Below, piece by piece: positions 19,083-29,574 of a stretch of 64,000 nucleotides of DNA. The position numbers and the translations under genes are program-made. The notes beneath the pieces are model-generated. The model was given only the letters and a program-made list of their open reading frames with translations, did not search any database and was not told the DNA's origin. The DNA is from a virus (lineage: Duplodnaviria; Caudoviricetes). The stretch's first letter is position 1, and every line of letters begins with the position of its first letter. The stretch covers positions 1 to 64,000 of the IMG/VR virus record IMGVR_UViG_3300030330_005655, one strand, 5' to 3'.

Positions 19083-20743
19083 GAAATAAAAAAGTATTAT
19101 TTGTCTCTGAAGCTTCTTGGATGAGTACGGGATATTCTGTATACACTAAAGAAGTTTTATCTAGACTTAATCAAATAGACGGTCTTGAAGTGGCTGAATT
19201 GGCATGTTATGCCGATGCCTTAGATGAGAATGGAAAAAAAACACCTTGGAAATGCTATCCAAATAAGCCCCTGAAAAGCGATCCAGCGTATGATTCTTAC
19301 AGTCAGAATCCCAGCGCTCAATTTGGAGATCAGGCTTTTAACCACGTCTTATTAGATTTTAAGCCGGATATTGTAATGGATATACGTGACTGGTGGATGC
19401 TTGAATTTGAACAACGGTCCCCTTTTAGAGATTTCTTTCATTGGGCTATCATGCCAACAGTGGATGCTTCGCCACAAAATCAGCAGTGGATAAACACTTA
19501 TAACTCTGCCGACTCTGTGTTTACTTATTCTGAATTTGGAAGAGATACGCTGCTGTCCCAATGCGATTCTATTAAGTTTACGGACATAGCTTCTCCAGCC
19601 GCTAGTCAAAGCTTTAGCCCTGTTGAAAACAAGCAGCAGCACAAAGAGAGTATGGGTGTGTCTAGCGATAGCATTATAATAGGCACGGTGATGAGAAACC
19701 AAAAAAGAAAACTATATCCCGACCTATTACAATCTTTTAGAAAAATACTATCCGCATCAAACAACCCAAACCTATATCTCTATCTGCACACATATTATCC
19801 AGATGTTGGGTGGGAAATTCCTAGCCTTATTCAAGATAGCGGATTGGCTAACAGGGTTTTGATGACATACAGGTGTAAAGCTTGCGGCCACATTTCAGTA
19901 AACTTTTTTCAAAACTCTGTTTGTATTTGCGACAAGTGTAAATCTTTTAGTAATAGTCTAGTTGGTATTAATAACTCTATATCTGAACAAGACTTATCTA
20001 AGATATATAACCTATTCGACGTTTATGTTCAGTATGCAAACAGCGAAGGCTTTGGTATGCCTCAGTTAGAAGCTGCGCAGTGTGGGCTGCCAGTAATTTC
20101 AACATACTACTCTGCAATGCAATCAGTTATAGATAACATTGGTGGATATGGAATAAAACCTTTGGCATTTAGCAAGGAATGTGAAACTGGATGTGATAGG
20201 GCGATTCCTGACAACGATGTTTTTGTAGCATTAATGTTAAAAATGCTTGAGTCTTATGAGTCGGACAAAGATTTTTTCGCCAAGGAGGGCGAGAGAATCA
20301 GAAAAAATGCTATTTCCAACTATACTTGGGATAAAGCCGCAGACGCTTGGGCGAAAAGGATAAAACAAATTGAACTTAAAGACCTGTCAGAAACTTGGCT
20401 TTCGCCCCCAAATATAAAACAGCCAAACACAAATGGAGTACCTAGCAATCTTACAAATCCAGTGGACGTTGTTAATTACTTGTTTGATTATGTTTTGTGC
20501 AAGCCCGAATGGAAAAACGAATATCTGTGGAGAAGGCTTGTCAGAGATATAACATTTGCATATAGGTGTGAAAATATTAGTAAGGATTTTTACTTTAACG
20601 AGTCTCATGTTAAAACATTCAATTCTGTAATTCCCTTTAGCCCACAGCAAGCTTATGAAGAAATGCTTAATTTTAGAAATCAAATTAACCAATGGGAAGG
20701 ATTAAGGGTGCAAATGATGCAAACAGGATCAAATAATGAATAA
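19079..20743 (+). CDS. GT4 (GT-B) glycosyltransferase with Zn-ribbon insert
   Basis: TGYS, RNQKRK, EGFGMPQLEAAQCGLP; CKAC...CDKC insertion. Confidence 0.88.
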   Translation: MRNKKVLFVSEASWMSTGYSVYTKEVLSRLNQIDGLEVAELACYADALDENGKKTPWKCYPNKPLKSDPAYDSYSQNPSAQFGDQAFNHVLLDFKPDIVMDIRDWWMLEFEQRSPFRDFFHWAIMPTVDASPQNQQWINTYNSADSVFTYSEFGRDTLLSQCDSIKFTDIASPAASQSFSPVENKQQHKESMGVSSDSIIIGTVMRNQKRKLYPDLLQSFRKILSASNNPNLYLYLHTYYPDVGWEIPSLIQDSGLANRVLMTYRCKACGHISVNFFQNSVCICDKCKSFSNSLVGINNSISEQDLSKIYNLFDVYVQYANSEGFGMPQLEAAQCGLPVISTYYSAMQSVIDNIGGYGIKPLAFSKECETGCDRAIPDNDVFVALMLKMLESYESDKDFFAKEGERIRKNAISNYTWDKAADAWAKRIKQIELKDLSETWLSPPNIKQPNTNGVPSNLTNPVDVVNYLFDYVLCKPEWKNEYLWRRLVRDITFAYRCENISKDFYFNESHVKTFNSVIPFSPQQAYEEMLNFRNQINQWEGLRVQMMQTGSNNE

Positions 20744-21365
20744 AATACATACATTAGGCCAGCTTTCTCAAGATGCGTTTGTTTATTATGTACTAGGCAA
20801 GAAAACAGATGGATTTTTTGTAGATATTGGAGCCGGTATAGGCGGGCCAGAACAAAAATTTTATCACTCGCTTGCCATGAGTAATACATTCAACCTAGAA
20901 AAACTTGGATGGAAAGGAATAGCTATAGACTATGATGAAAGATGGTACAACTCTGTTGTTGAGTTTAGGCGGTGCTGTTTATCCTGTGCTGACCTTTTAG
21001 AAAAAAATGTTAACGAAGTATTAGAAGAATATGACTGCCCTACTGAATGCACATATCTTTCTATAGATGTTGATGATGCTCAAGAAAAAGTATTTAAGGA
21101 TTTTGATTTTGACAAATATAGATTTGATGTTATAACATATGAAACTAATTGCTACTTTGGCGACCATATGAAAGAACCAACTCAGCAGTCTAGAGATAAA
21201 TTTAAATCTTTTGGGTATAAACTTTTGTTCGGCGGCGTGGGCATAGAAGATAATCAACCAATAGAAGACTGGTATGTTAGCGAAGAGATTTTCGACAAGC
21301 ATAAGCACCTATTTTCAGATGGAATTACTTGTGGCGATGCTGTAAAAGCATTAAGGAAGGATTAA
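20736..21365 (+). CDS. FkbM-like methyltransferase
   Basis: GFFVDIGA, SNT..LE..GWKGIAID, YLSIDVD, F.VITYE, EDWY. Confidence 0.8.
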   Translation: MNKIHTLGQLSQDAFVYYVLGKKTDGFFVDIGAGIGGPEQKFYHSLAMSNTFNLEKLGWKGIAIDYDERWYNSVVEFRRCCLSCADLLEKNVNEVLEEYDCPTECTYLSIDVDDAQEKVFKDFDFDKYRFDVITYETNCYFGDHMKEPTQQSRDKFKSFGYKLLFGGVGIEDNQPIEDWYVSEEIFDKHKHLFSDGITCGDAVKALRKD

Positions 21366-22445
21366 ATGAAAGTATTGTACATAGGACACTACAAAGACGG
21401 CACAGGATGGGGCGATGCTGCTATAAATAATATCTTGGCTATGGATAGCGCTGGCATTGAGGTTGTTCCAAGGGCAATAACCTATAATAATGGAGACAGT
21501 GAAGTACCAGAGAGGATAAAACAACTAGAGCTAAAAACCAGCAAGGGTTGTGATGTCTGTGTTCAGCACACTCTTCCGGTTAATTATACCTACAATAGCA
21601 ACTTTAAAAATATAGGCTTTGTGGCAACGGAGTCTGAAAATTTTAAAGATTCTGGCTGGCAAAAAAATCTAAATATTATGGATGAAGTTTGGGTTCCGTC
21701 AAAGTATAGTAAAGATTCCTGTATTAATAGTGGCGTTACTTCAAAAGTAAACATTGTGCCACACTCATTAGATGTAGAGTGTTATAAACAAAACACCAAC
21801 GGTAACAAAATACAAGAACTCTTGAACACTTTTAATTTTGGTTTTATTGGAGAGTTCATAGAAAGAAAAAACGTTAAGGCTTTAATTAAAGCTTTCCACT
21901 CAGAGTTTACACAAAGAGAGCCTGTAAACCTTTTTATAAAAACATCCAACACTAATCTAGAAAGTTTTAAGAAATACTGTGATTCGATAAAGAAAGGATT
22001 GAAGTTAAGAAATAATTATAAGGAAGAAGTGGTTATATGCGGGAGGCTTGACAGAAAAGATTATATCTCTGTCCTAAGCCAGTGTCATTGCTTTGTTATG
22101 CCTAGCAGGGGCGAGGGATTTTGTATACCGGCGCTAGAGGCGATGAGCGCTGGAGTTCCTTCTCTTTTTACGAGCGGTATTGCCTTGGAAGAGTTTTGCA
22201 CAGGAGGCTCAGTAGAATCACATAGCGAGCCTTGCTTTGGCGGGGTGGAATCATTAGGAAATCTATATACTGCAAATAGCGACTGGAAAGAAATAAGTGT
22301 CAAAGATCTGCAACGAAAAATGCGAGAAGCTTTTGAAAACAGAAAAAATACAGAACAAATAAAACAGCAGTGCTACGAACAAGCAAGTAAATATTCGCAC
22401 AGAAACGTAGGAAAAAAAATAAAGGAAATACTTAATGATAGCTAA
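21366..22445 (+). CDS. GT4 glycosyltransferase
   Basis: DEVWVPS, RKN...LIKAF, FVMPSRGEGFCIPALEAM. Confidence 0.9.
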   Translation: MKVLYIGHYKDGTGWGDAAINNILAMDSAGIEVVPRAITYNNGDSEVPERIKQLELKTSKGCDVCVQHTLPVNYTYNSNFKNIGFVATESENFKDSGWQKNLNIMDEVWVPSKYSKDSCINSGVTSKVNIVPHSLDVECYKQNTNGNKIQELLNTFNFGFIGEFIERKNVKALIKAFHSEFTQREPVNLFIKTSNTNLESFKKYCDSIKKGLKLRNNYKEEVVICGRLDRKDYISVLSQCHCFVMPSRGEGFCIPALEAMSAGVPSLFTSGIALEEFCTGGSVESHSEPCFGGVESLGNLYTANSDWKEISVKDLQRKMREAFENRKNTEQIKQQCYEQASKYSHRNVGKKIKEILNDS

Positions 22446-23442
22446 GGCTAATCAAAAAACAATAAGAAATATTCTGAGAAGATGCTCTCAAAAAGACAAG
22501 CTGAATATATTAACTTATTGCGCACACGAAAGATGCGAACAAAACATATGCAAAAGTGGGCATAATTTTTATTCTCTAGAAGGGGTATCTGAAAAAAAAT
22601 GGGACACCGACTATGGAGATGTGCCAGAAAATTACAATATAATATCAGAGATTCCAAATGATATTAATTTCGACTTGATCTTATGGCATATGGCTAGCAA
22701 TCCCCAGCTTGCAAAATCACTAAGCCAAGATTTAAATATACCAGTTGTCGTCTTGGTACACACATTGCCGAATGTTACAATGCCGCTAGATCCTCAAATA
22801 CAGGAATTTAAAAAATCTTGGTCTTCCTGCATGGACAGGGTTGTGTTTATATCTGAATATAGCAAAAAAGCTTGGATGTACGATGAAGACAATGCTGTTG
22901 TCATAGAGCATGGCATGGATATAGATTTCTGGTCTGATCAACAGCCACTAAAAAGAGATAATGCCTGCCTTTCTGTTGTAAATGACTGGCCTAATAGAGA
23001 CTGGTGTTGCGGATTTAATTTATGGAAACAGACAGCCCAAGGGCTACCGGTAAAAGTCTTCGGTAAAAGTCCCGGATTTTCTGAGCCTGCAAGGTCAACA
23101 GAACATTTAAGAGAAATATATCATTCATCAAAAATATTTTACAATACATCATTGCACTCGCCGGTTCCAAGCGTTCTATTGGAGGCTATGGCTTGTGGAT
23201 GCGCAGTGGTTTCAACAGCAACATGCATGATACCAGAAATTATTGATCACGGGGTAAACGGATTGATTTCAAACGACCCCAACGAACTCAGGTCTTACTT
23301 AGAGCTTTTGTTACAAAATGATGATATAGCAAAAAAATTAGGCGAAAGCGCAAAGCATACAGTTAAAGAAAAATATAATGTAGTAAGATATGCAAAAGAC
23401 TGGAATACACTTTTTGAAAAAACAATAGACTCTTACAGGTGA
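22435..23442 (+). CDS. GT4 glycosyltransferase
   Basis: VFIS...HGMD; LLEAMACGCAVVS...PEIIDHGVNG. Confidence 0.88.
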   Translation: MIAKANQKTIRNILRRCSQKDKLNILTYCAHERCEQNICKSGHNFYSLEGVSEKKWDTDYGDVPENYNIISEIPNDINFDLILWHMASNPQLAKSLSQDLNIPVVVLVHTLPNVTMPLDPQIQEFKKSWSSCMDRVVFISEYSKKAWMYDEDNAVVIEHGMDIDFWSDQQPLKRDNACLSVVNDWPNRDWCCGFNLWKQTAQGLPVKVFGKSPGFSEPARSTEHLREIYHSSKIFYNTSLHSPVPSVLLEAMACGCAVVSTATCMIPEIIDHGVNGLISNDPNELRSYLELLLQNDDIAKKLGESAKHTVKEKYNVVRYAKDWNTLFEKTIDSYR

Positions 23443-23446
23443 TAAC

Positions 23447-23869
23447 ATGAACATATATCTCTCTAGTAAAAACTGCCCTAATGAAAACTATACACATGTT
23501 TCAGATATATTTAGCTTTGATAAATCAGTGCTAGATAGCGAAGCAAGATCTATAATTTGCGATTGTTTTTTATCTGAGTTTTCTTTGTCGGATATTGATA
23601 GCGTAATTAAAAAAGTTTTTAGTAAGCTAAGAATTGGCGCATCTATCACCATCATAGAGAAAGATATAGATTTGTTGTGCTTGAAATACACTAGAAATGA
23701 GATAACAATGGAGCAGCTTAATGATTTTATTTTTACAGATAAATCTACATGCTCTACTTTCAATATAGAATTTGTCGAACCTAAGATCTCAGGCAGTATT
23801 CAAATTGAAGAAAAGTTTATTGATAGCGAGCAGGGCATGTTTGTGATAAAAGGAAGGAGGGTCAAATGA
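23447..23869 (+). CDS. Hypothetical protein, possibly degenerate methyltransferase fold
   Basis: Resembles the C-terminal half of class I MTases (FL..F...SKLRIGA.I.I..D) but lacks GxG. Confidence 0.4.
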   Translation: MNIYLSSKNCPNENYTHVSDIFSFDKSVLDSEARSIICDCFLSEFSLSDIDSVIKKVFSKLRIGASITIIEKDIDLLCLKYTRNEITMEQLNDFIFTDKSTCSTFNIEFVEPKISGSIQIEEKFIDSEQGMFVIKGRRVK

Positions 23870-24660
23870 TAGAAACAAACTGTGAAGGATGTGTTTTTTC
23901 AGAACTAGATAATGGAACACAGTGTGGATGTACATTAAACAGAATCGAAAAGCTTGGCGTTTCAAAACGCGCTGGTACAGACGGCTTAAAGTACACCGTT
24001 CTGTCTAGATTTTGTAATGCCTTCAGGCCGGTTGAGTGGGTTAAAAGACTATCGTATGAAGAGGCTACCAACCCAGTAGAAACCGTAAACACGGAAATAA
24101 AACCCCGAATTGGTTTTTTGATTTATTTAGACACATCAAAGCCGTCTGCGATACAGCTTCTTGAGGAAACTCTAAAAGACATAAAAAATCAAACAGACAA
24201 TGTGGCTAGATATGTTATCGTTGCCACAGAAAAAGTGGAATATAGTCAAGAAGTCCTTGAGTTGCTTTTATCTTATTTTGACCAAGATGAAACAACGACC
24301 CATGTGCTACAGCTATTGATACAGCATGAAGATAAAATGAGAATAATAGACGAAGCATTTAGATTAGCGTTAAATGGGTGGCTTTATGTTACAACATCCG
24401 GTCAAAATATTGATATCAATCTATTAAAAAATATAGATAATCATATCAATAAACAAATGAAAAGACTATCCGTAGTCTTGCCTTATGATGGTATAAATGG
24501 ACTTTTATTTCAGTGTTCTCTTTTTAAATATGTTAATGGAAATGGTGTAAAACAGTGGGATGAAAATAACATGGACCACAGGCCGTTTTTAGAAAAGGTA
24601 AAAGACCTAGATACAAACAATAACTCAATTTTAGACTGGAGTGATATAGATGCTTCCTAA
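23866..24660 (+). CDS. Hypothetical protein, Cys motif plus possible degenerate GT-A fold
   Basis: CEGCVF...C.C...FC N-terminus; TL.DIKNQT..YVIV pattern; no DxD seen. Confidence 0.4.
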   Translation: MIETNCEGCVFSELDNGTQCGCTLNRIEKLGVSKRAGTDGLKYTVLSRFCNAFRPVEWVKRLSYEEATNPVETVNTEIKPRIGFLIYLDTSKPSAIQLLEETLKDIKNQTDNVARYVIVATEKVEYSQEVLELLLSYFDQDETTTHVLQLLIQHEDKMRIIDEAFRLALNGWLYVTTSGQNIDINLLKNIDNHINKQMKRLSVVLPYDGINGLLFQCSLFKYVNGNGVKQWDENNMDHRPFLEKVKDLDTNNNSILDWSDIDAS

Positions 24661-25384
24661 AGTTGCTATTATCTGTGCAAATTATAACTATGGACACTTC
24701 ATTCTTGGCGGCATGGAGAGCATAATAAATCAAACATACGAAGGTGAGCTTCGCCTGTATGTGGTTGATGACGGATCGTCTGATGATTCTTGGGAAAAAA
24801 TATCAAAGTATGCAGACAATAAAGATAATGTCTATGTTAAGAGGATCGAGAACTCTGGCGCTAGTGTGGCTCGTAACACGGCCATAGGGATGTGCTGGGA
24901 TTGGGCCGATATTATTGGCGTATTGGACGCAGACGACGAATATAAGCCTACAAAGGTGCAAAAATTTGTTGATAAACTGGTAGAATATGACGAGGTTGGT
25001 GTTGTTTATGGTGACTATGAGATACATAGAACTTTTGGTCATAACTCCTACATCAAACATGAGTTTAAACCTCAATACAGCAGAAACGATCTTTTAAATA
25101 GGTGTATTGTACATAGCAATTCGCTTATTAAAAAGAAATACCTTGAAGCAGTTAGGCTTCCAAATGGTGAATTTTATGACAGCAGGCTTCATGGTCCTGC
25201 TAGTCAAGGTTTTATTGGATGTACAGAAGATTATGATTTGTGGCTAAGACTTTCAAATTATTGCATTATGTGTCATATTCCTGAGCCTCTTTCTGTAGTC
25301 AATGAAACAGGCCAAAATCAATCAATGAAAATGACCCCAGAAATATTTATTCAAAATGCTCAAATACTTGGGAGTAGGACTTGA
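24650..25384 (+). CDS. GT2 glycosyltransferase
   Basis: NYNY, SIINQT, VVDDGSSD, NSG..VARN, LDADD, EDYDLWLR. Confidence 0.92.
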   Translation: MLPKVAIICANYNYGHFILGGMESIINQTYEGELRLYVVDDGSSDDSWEKISKYADNKDNVYVKRIENSGASVARNTAIGMCWDWADIIGVLDADDEYKPTKVQKFVDKLVEYDEVGVVYGDYEIHRTFGHNSYIKHEFKPQYSRNDLLNRCIVHSNSLIKKKYLEAVRLPNGEFYDSRLHGPASQGFIGCTEDYDLWLRLSNYCIMCHIPEPLSVVNETGQNQSMKMTPEIFIQNAQILGSRT

Positions 25385-26097
25385 GCAGATCAACAATATG
25401 TATCAAAAAAAATACTAGCAATATAGAAGTTTCTGTTATCGTGCTTTCTGCTGGCATAGGGGCTAAGATAAAGTCTAGCGAGCCTAGAAGTCTAATACAG
25501 TTAAAAGGCAAGCATTTAATTGACTGGCAAACGCAAACGATAAAAAAAGTATTTAAAAATGTAGAAATAGTGGGCGTGTTTGGTGCGCATATTGACAAGA
25601 TAATAAGAAAAAATAAAAATGATCTTAGAATAGTAGAAAATCAGCTTTTCAATACTACAAACAATTCTGAAAGCTTGAGGCTTGGCCTAAACAATTGTGT
25701 AAATGAAAATGTTTTGTTTGTTCATGGCGATATATACTTTACACCGTCTACATTTAAAAATGCAGATTTTTCAAAGTCTTTTTTAGTTATTGATGGCACT
25801 AATAGCATAAAAGAAAAAGAGGTGGGCGTAACAATAAGCAAAAATAAAATATCTGTACTTTCATACGGGCTTGAAAAAAAATGGTGTCAGATATGCTACA
25901 TGACTGGAAAAGAGCTAAAGATACTAAAATCTATATTTTTAAAGTTTAAAGAAAAAGACAAAAAGATGCTATCTTTTGAAGTGATAAATAAAATTATAGA
26001 ACTAGGTGGATCTTTTGAATGCTTTGAGCAAAAGGAATCCAAGATATTAGAAATAGACTGCATTAAGGATTTAAATGATGAAAATTTTAATATGTAG
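25381..26097 (+). CDS. Sugar/choline-phosphate nucleotidyltransferase-like (LicC/MobA family), possibly degenerate
   Basis: IVLSAGIG, EN..F.TTN..ESL, HGDI, EIDC.KDL; canonical GxR and PK replaced by GAK and PR. Confidence 0.65.
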   Translation: MSRSTICIKKNTSNIEVSVIVLSAGIGAKIKSSEPRSLIQLKGKHLIDWQTQTIKKVFKNVEIVGVFGAHIDKIIRKNKNDLRIVENQLFNTTNNSESLRLGLNNCVNENVLFVHGDIYFTPSTFKNADFSKSFLVIDGTNSIKEKEVGVTISKNKISVLSYGLEKKWCQICYMTGKELKILKSIFLKFKEKDKKMLSFEVINKIIELGGSFECFEQKESKILEIDCIKDLNDENFNM

Positions 26098-27112
26098 TGA
26101 CGGACTACACGCTCACTATTTTCAGAGAATGTCTTGGGCAAACGCTTTCGCCGCAACGGGACATCAGGTTGCACTGTGGGATTACAAAACAGTTCCAGCT
26201 TTTGATATGTTTGATAACTTTGAACCGGATATATTTTTAGGGCAGTCTTATAATTTAGATGAGGCCACTCTTAAATGCATTGCTGAAAGACCTCATTTAA
26301 AGGTTGGTCTTAGGGCTGGAGACTGGGGAGATCAAACAAAAGAGATCGACCGTAGCAGATTTAATATCTTAACGGTTACGGAACAAGAGGTGAGAACTCT
26401 AGAAAAACTAAAGAAAACAACAGGCAAACCAGACTTTGTACATATCCATTACAACGAACGAGATATACAAAGAACGCACAATCACTTTAATTCAATAGGA
26501 ATAAAGCCCGTTTCGCTTATGATGTGTGCGGACACAGCCGCATACGGCAACTCGCACGTTGATGAAAATCTAAAGTGTGATATTGGATTTGTTGGGGGTT
26601 ACTGGCCTTACAAGGGGCAAGTGATTGACCAATACCTATTTCCATTATTATACCCTGTTGGCAAATACAACGTTAAAATATTTGGGAATCAGGTGTGGCC
26701 CGTAAATCAATACTGCGGTCCTATAGAAGATGAAAATGTTAAGAATCTATTCAGATCTGCAAAAATATGTCCCAATCTAAGCGAGCCTCATGCTCAAGTG
26801 TACGGCATAGATGTAAATGAAAGAATATTTAAAATTCTATATGCAGGCGGCTTCTGTATTAGTGATAATGTAGAAGGATACAAAATGTTTGGTGACGGTA
26901 TTGTAATCGCAGATTCTCCAGAGGACTTTAGAGAAAAGGTTGAACATTACAAAAACGCCGAACATGAAAGAAGTTTACACACACAGCGCGGTCAAACGTT
27001 TGTTGCCGAAAATCATACAGGCTTTCATAGAATTGCAACTATGATGAAAGAGTTTGGATACAGCGATATAGCTAATGGAATTTTGGAAGCTTACGAGGGT
27101 ACATTAAATTGA
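26075..27112 (+). CDS. CgeB-like GT-B glycosyltransferase
   Basis: DIGFVG, KIFG..W, SAKICPN, VNERIF...GGFCISD, HT..HR. Confidence 0.8.
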   Translation: MMKILICSDGLHAHYFQRMSWANAFAATGHQVALWDYKTVPAFDMFDNFEPDIFLGQSYNLDEATLKCIAERPHLKVGLRAGDWGDQTKEIDRSRFNILTVTEQEVRTLEKLKKTTGKPDFVHIHYNERDIQRTHNHFNSIGIKPVSLMMCADTAAYGNSHVDENLKCDIGFVGGYWPYKGQVIDQYLFPLLYPVGKYNVKIFGNQVWPVNQYCGPIEDENVKNLFRSAKICPNLSEPHAQVYGIDVNERIFKILYAGGFCISDNVEGYKMFGDGIVIADSPEDFREKVEHYKNAEHERSLHTQRGQTFVAENHTGFHRIATMMKEFGYSDIANGILEAYEGTLN

Positions 27113-28071
27113 AAAGTAAAATTATTATCACGGGTGGAAATGGTTTTCTTGGCAAGGCTGTAAACAAGGCTTTAAAAGACAATTTCTTCTACGATGTTGT
27201 ATCTCTTGGAGGAAAGAGAGAGTACGACCTTACAAATCAAAAACAGGTTGATTATCTTTACAAAGAACATGAGCCAGATGCGATTGTCCATCTAGCAGCT
27301 AGGGTTGGTGGAATTGGTGCAAATAAAGAAAATCCCGGCCTGTTCATGTATGAGAATCTAGTCATGGGTATGAATCTCATAGAAACAGCCAGAAAGTATG
27401 GAAAACTTCAAAAATTTGTTATGGTTGGCACTGTCTGCGCGTATCCTAAATTTACACCCGTGCCATTTAAAGAAGATGATATTTGGAATGGCTATCCTGA
27501 AGAAACAAACGCGCCCTATGGAGTTGCTAAAAAGGCTTTGATGGAGATGTTGATTGCATACAACTCTCAGTATGGTCTTAACTGCACAAATCTTATTCCT
27601 GTAAATATGTATGGGCCGCATGATAATTTTCATCCCGCGATTAGCCATGTCATACCCGCGATTATATTAAAGATTGATAAGGCTATTGATAACGGTGAAA
27701 CAGAAGTCAACCTATGGGGAACGGGCGAGGCTAGTAGAGAGTTTCTTTATGTAGACGATTGTGCGACAGCTATAAAAAAAGCGGTAGAGATAGACACAAC
27801 ACCACATCCAATAAACGTTGGAACCGGTGAAGAGTGCAGTATTTCCATACTTGCGCATAAGATAGCCGACATGATGAATTTTAAAGGTGATATTGTCTTT
27901 AATTCCAACGGTATGGATGGTCAACCAAGAAGATGTTTAGATACATCCAGAGCAAACAAAGTGCTAGGATTTGAAGCTAAAACAGGACTAGATAGAGGGC
28001 TACATGATACAGTAAGCTGGTACTATAAAAACAAGGAAAAGTTTGTTGATTACTTCCATCATATTCAGTAA
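27109..28071 (+). CDS. fcl: GDP-L-fucose synthase
   Basis: TGGNGFLG, HLAARVGGIGAN, GTVCAYP, YGVAK, WGTG..SREFLYVDD, DGQPRR. Confidence 0.93.
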   Translation: MKSKIIITGGNGFLGKAVNKALKDNFFYDVVSLGGKREYDLTNQKQVDYLYKEHEPDAIVHLAARVGGIGANKENPGLFMYENLVMGMNLIETARKYGKLQKFVMVGTVCAYPKFTPVPFKEDDIWNGYPEETNAPYGVAKKALMEMLIAYNSQYGLNCTNLIPVNMYGPHDNFHPAISHVIPAIILKIDKAIDNGETEVNLWGTGEASREFLYVDDCATAIKKAVEIDTTPHPINVGTGEECSISILAHKIADMMNFKGDIVFNSNGMDGQPRRCLDTSRANKVLGFEAKTGLDRGLHDTVSWYYKNKEKFVDYFHHIQ

Positions 28072-28924
28072 AAATAGACCGCTTCAACTAGATCTAACGC
28101 TAAACACAATAGGTAAAAATTTTGACATCTGCAACGATGTGATAGTAATATACAAAACATCGGACAAGAAGTATAAAGAGTCCTACGAAAATTTGAAAAG
28201 AGAACATCCGAACGTTTCTTTTTACGAGCAGTCATACTCCTTGTTTTTAGACATACTAGCGATTATCGACGCATCAACTTATAAATATGTTTGTTTCTTT
28301 ACTGATGATAATATTGTCTATCGAAAAGTAGACATAAATAGTCACCAATTAGATGATGTTTTCGATGCTTATGCGTCGTGCCTAAGTCTCAGAATAGGAG
28401 CAAACACAACACAAAGGGACTATGGTGACGGGGTGCTTAGAGATGATAACATGCCTAGAGAGGTTTTTAATACCCCGCCATTTATAGCGTGGAACAGGAC
28501 AAGCATACCCACAGGCGGCTATTGGGCATACCCTTTATCTGTAGATGGTCATATATTTAAAAGGGACACAATGCTAGAATTTTGCATAGAGCTTGAATTT
28601 TTAAACAAGCACTACTCCCGCACAGCAATACCCGGAGAAAAATCCTGCTGGAAGCAAACGCCTAATGAGTTTGAGTCTAAGCTGCAAAGATACTACTTCG
28701 ACATACCCGCAGGCATGTTTGCTCTGGAGCAAAGCTGTGTAGTAAATAGCCCAAATAATAAAGTGCAAGATAGTCACAACAACAGGTCTGGAGATTACTT
28801 TAATTATGATGAAAAAAAATTACTTGATAAATATGAGTCTGGAGCTAGAATTAATTTAGACGCATTAGACTTTTCTAATATAAGGTGTCCACATACAGAA
28901 ATAGATATTTTGAAAGGGCTATAA
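28043..28924 (+). CDS. GT-A-like glycosyltransferase
   Basis: IIFSKNRP.QL, FFTDD, YPLSVDGH, PN.FE. Confidence 0.6.
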   Translation: MLITSIIFSKNRPLQLDLTLNTIGKNFDICNDVIVIYKTSDKKYKESYENLKREHPNVSFYEQSYSLFLDILAIIDASTYKYVCFFTDDNIVYRKVDINSHQLDDVFDAYASCLSLRIGANTTQRDYGDGVLRDDNMPREVFNTPPFIAWNRTSIPTGGYWAYPLSVDGHIFKRDTMLEFCIELEFLNKHYSRTAIPGEKSCWKQTPNEFESKLQRYYFDIPAGMFALEQSCVVNSPNNKVQDSHNNRSGDYFNYDEKKLLDKYESGARINLDALDFSNIRCPHTEIDILKGL

Positions 28925-29574
28925 TGATATTTAATTTACAGGCCGTACAAGAACACATCGGCATAAAGATTACAGGCGCTGTACACGTTGGCGCTTTTTT
29001 AGGAGAGGAACTAACTCAATACAGATCTTTGGGGCTAGTAAACACCATACTGTTTGAGCCACAAAAAAAACTCTTTGACATCGTTAATTCTAAATGTATA
29101 TTTAAAGAAAGGGCTTTTAACGTAGCTCTTGGTTCAGAAGAAGACGTGGTAGGTATGTTTATCTCTGACAGAGAGGGCGGCGTATCTAATGGTGCGGGAG
29201 CTTCTAGTTCTATTCTAGCGCCCAAAAAACATCTCACAGAACACCCAGAGGTTACGTTTCCTTCAAAAGAATCTATCGAAGTAAAAAGATTTGACAAATT
29301 TGTAGAAGAAAATGGAGTAGATATAAGCAACCACAATCTTTTAAATGTAGATGTTCAAGGCTACGAATTAGAGGTTTTAAAAGGTATGGGTGAAGAGCTT
29401 AATAAAATACAGATTATAATAGCAGAAGTAAATAGAGACGAGATGTACGAAGGCTGCCCTATGATTGAAGATATAGACGCTTATGTAAAGCAGTTTGGTT
29501 TTGAGAGAATTGCTGTTGAGTGGCAGTCAGAAAGCTGGGGAGATGCACTTTATATAAGGAAAGAAACTAAATGA
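28924..29574 (+). CDS. FkbM-family methyltransferase
   Basis: HVGAF.GEE, FEP, ALG, SSSIL, DVQGYELEVLKG, WGDALY. Confidence 0.9.
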   Translation: MIFNLQAVQEHIGIKITGAVHVGAFLGEELTQYRSLGLVNTILFEPQKKLFDIVNSKCIFKERAFNVALGSEEDVVGMFISDREGGVSNGAGASSSILAPKKHLTEHPEVTFPSKESIEVKRFDKFVEENGVDISNHNLLNVDVQGYELEVLKGMGEELNKIQIIIAEVNRDEMYEGCPMIEDIDAYVKQFGFERIAVEWQSESWGDALYIRKETK

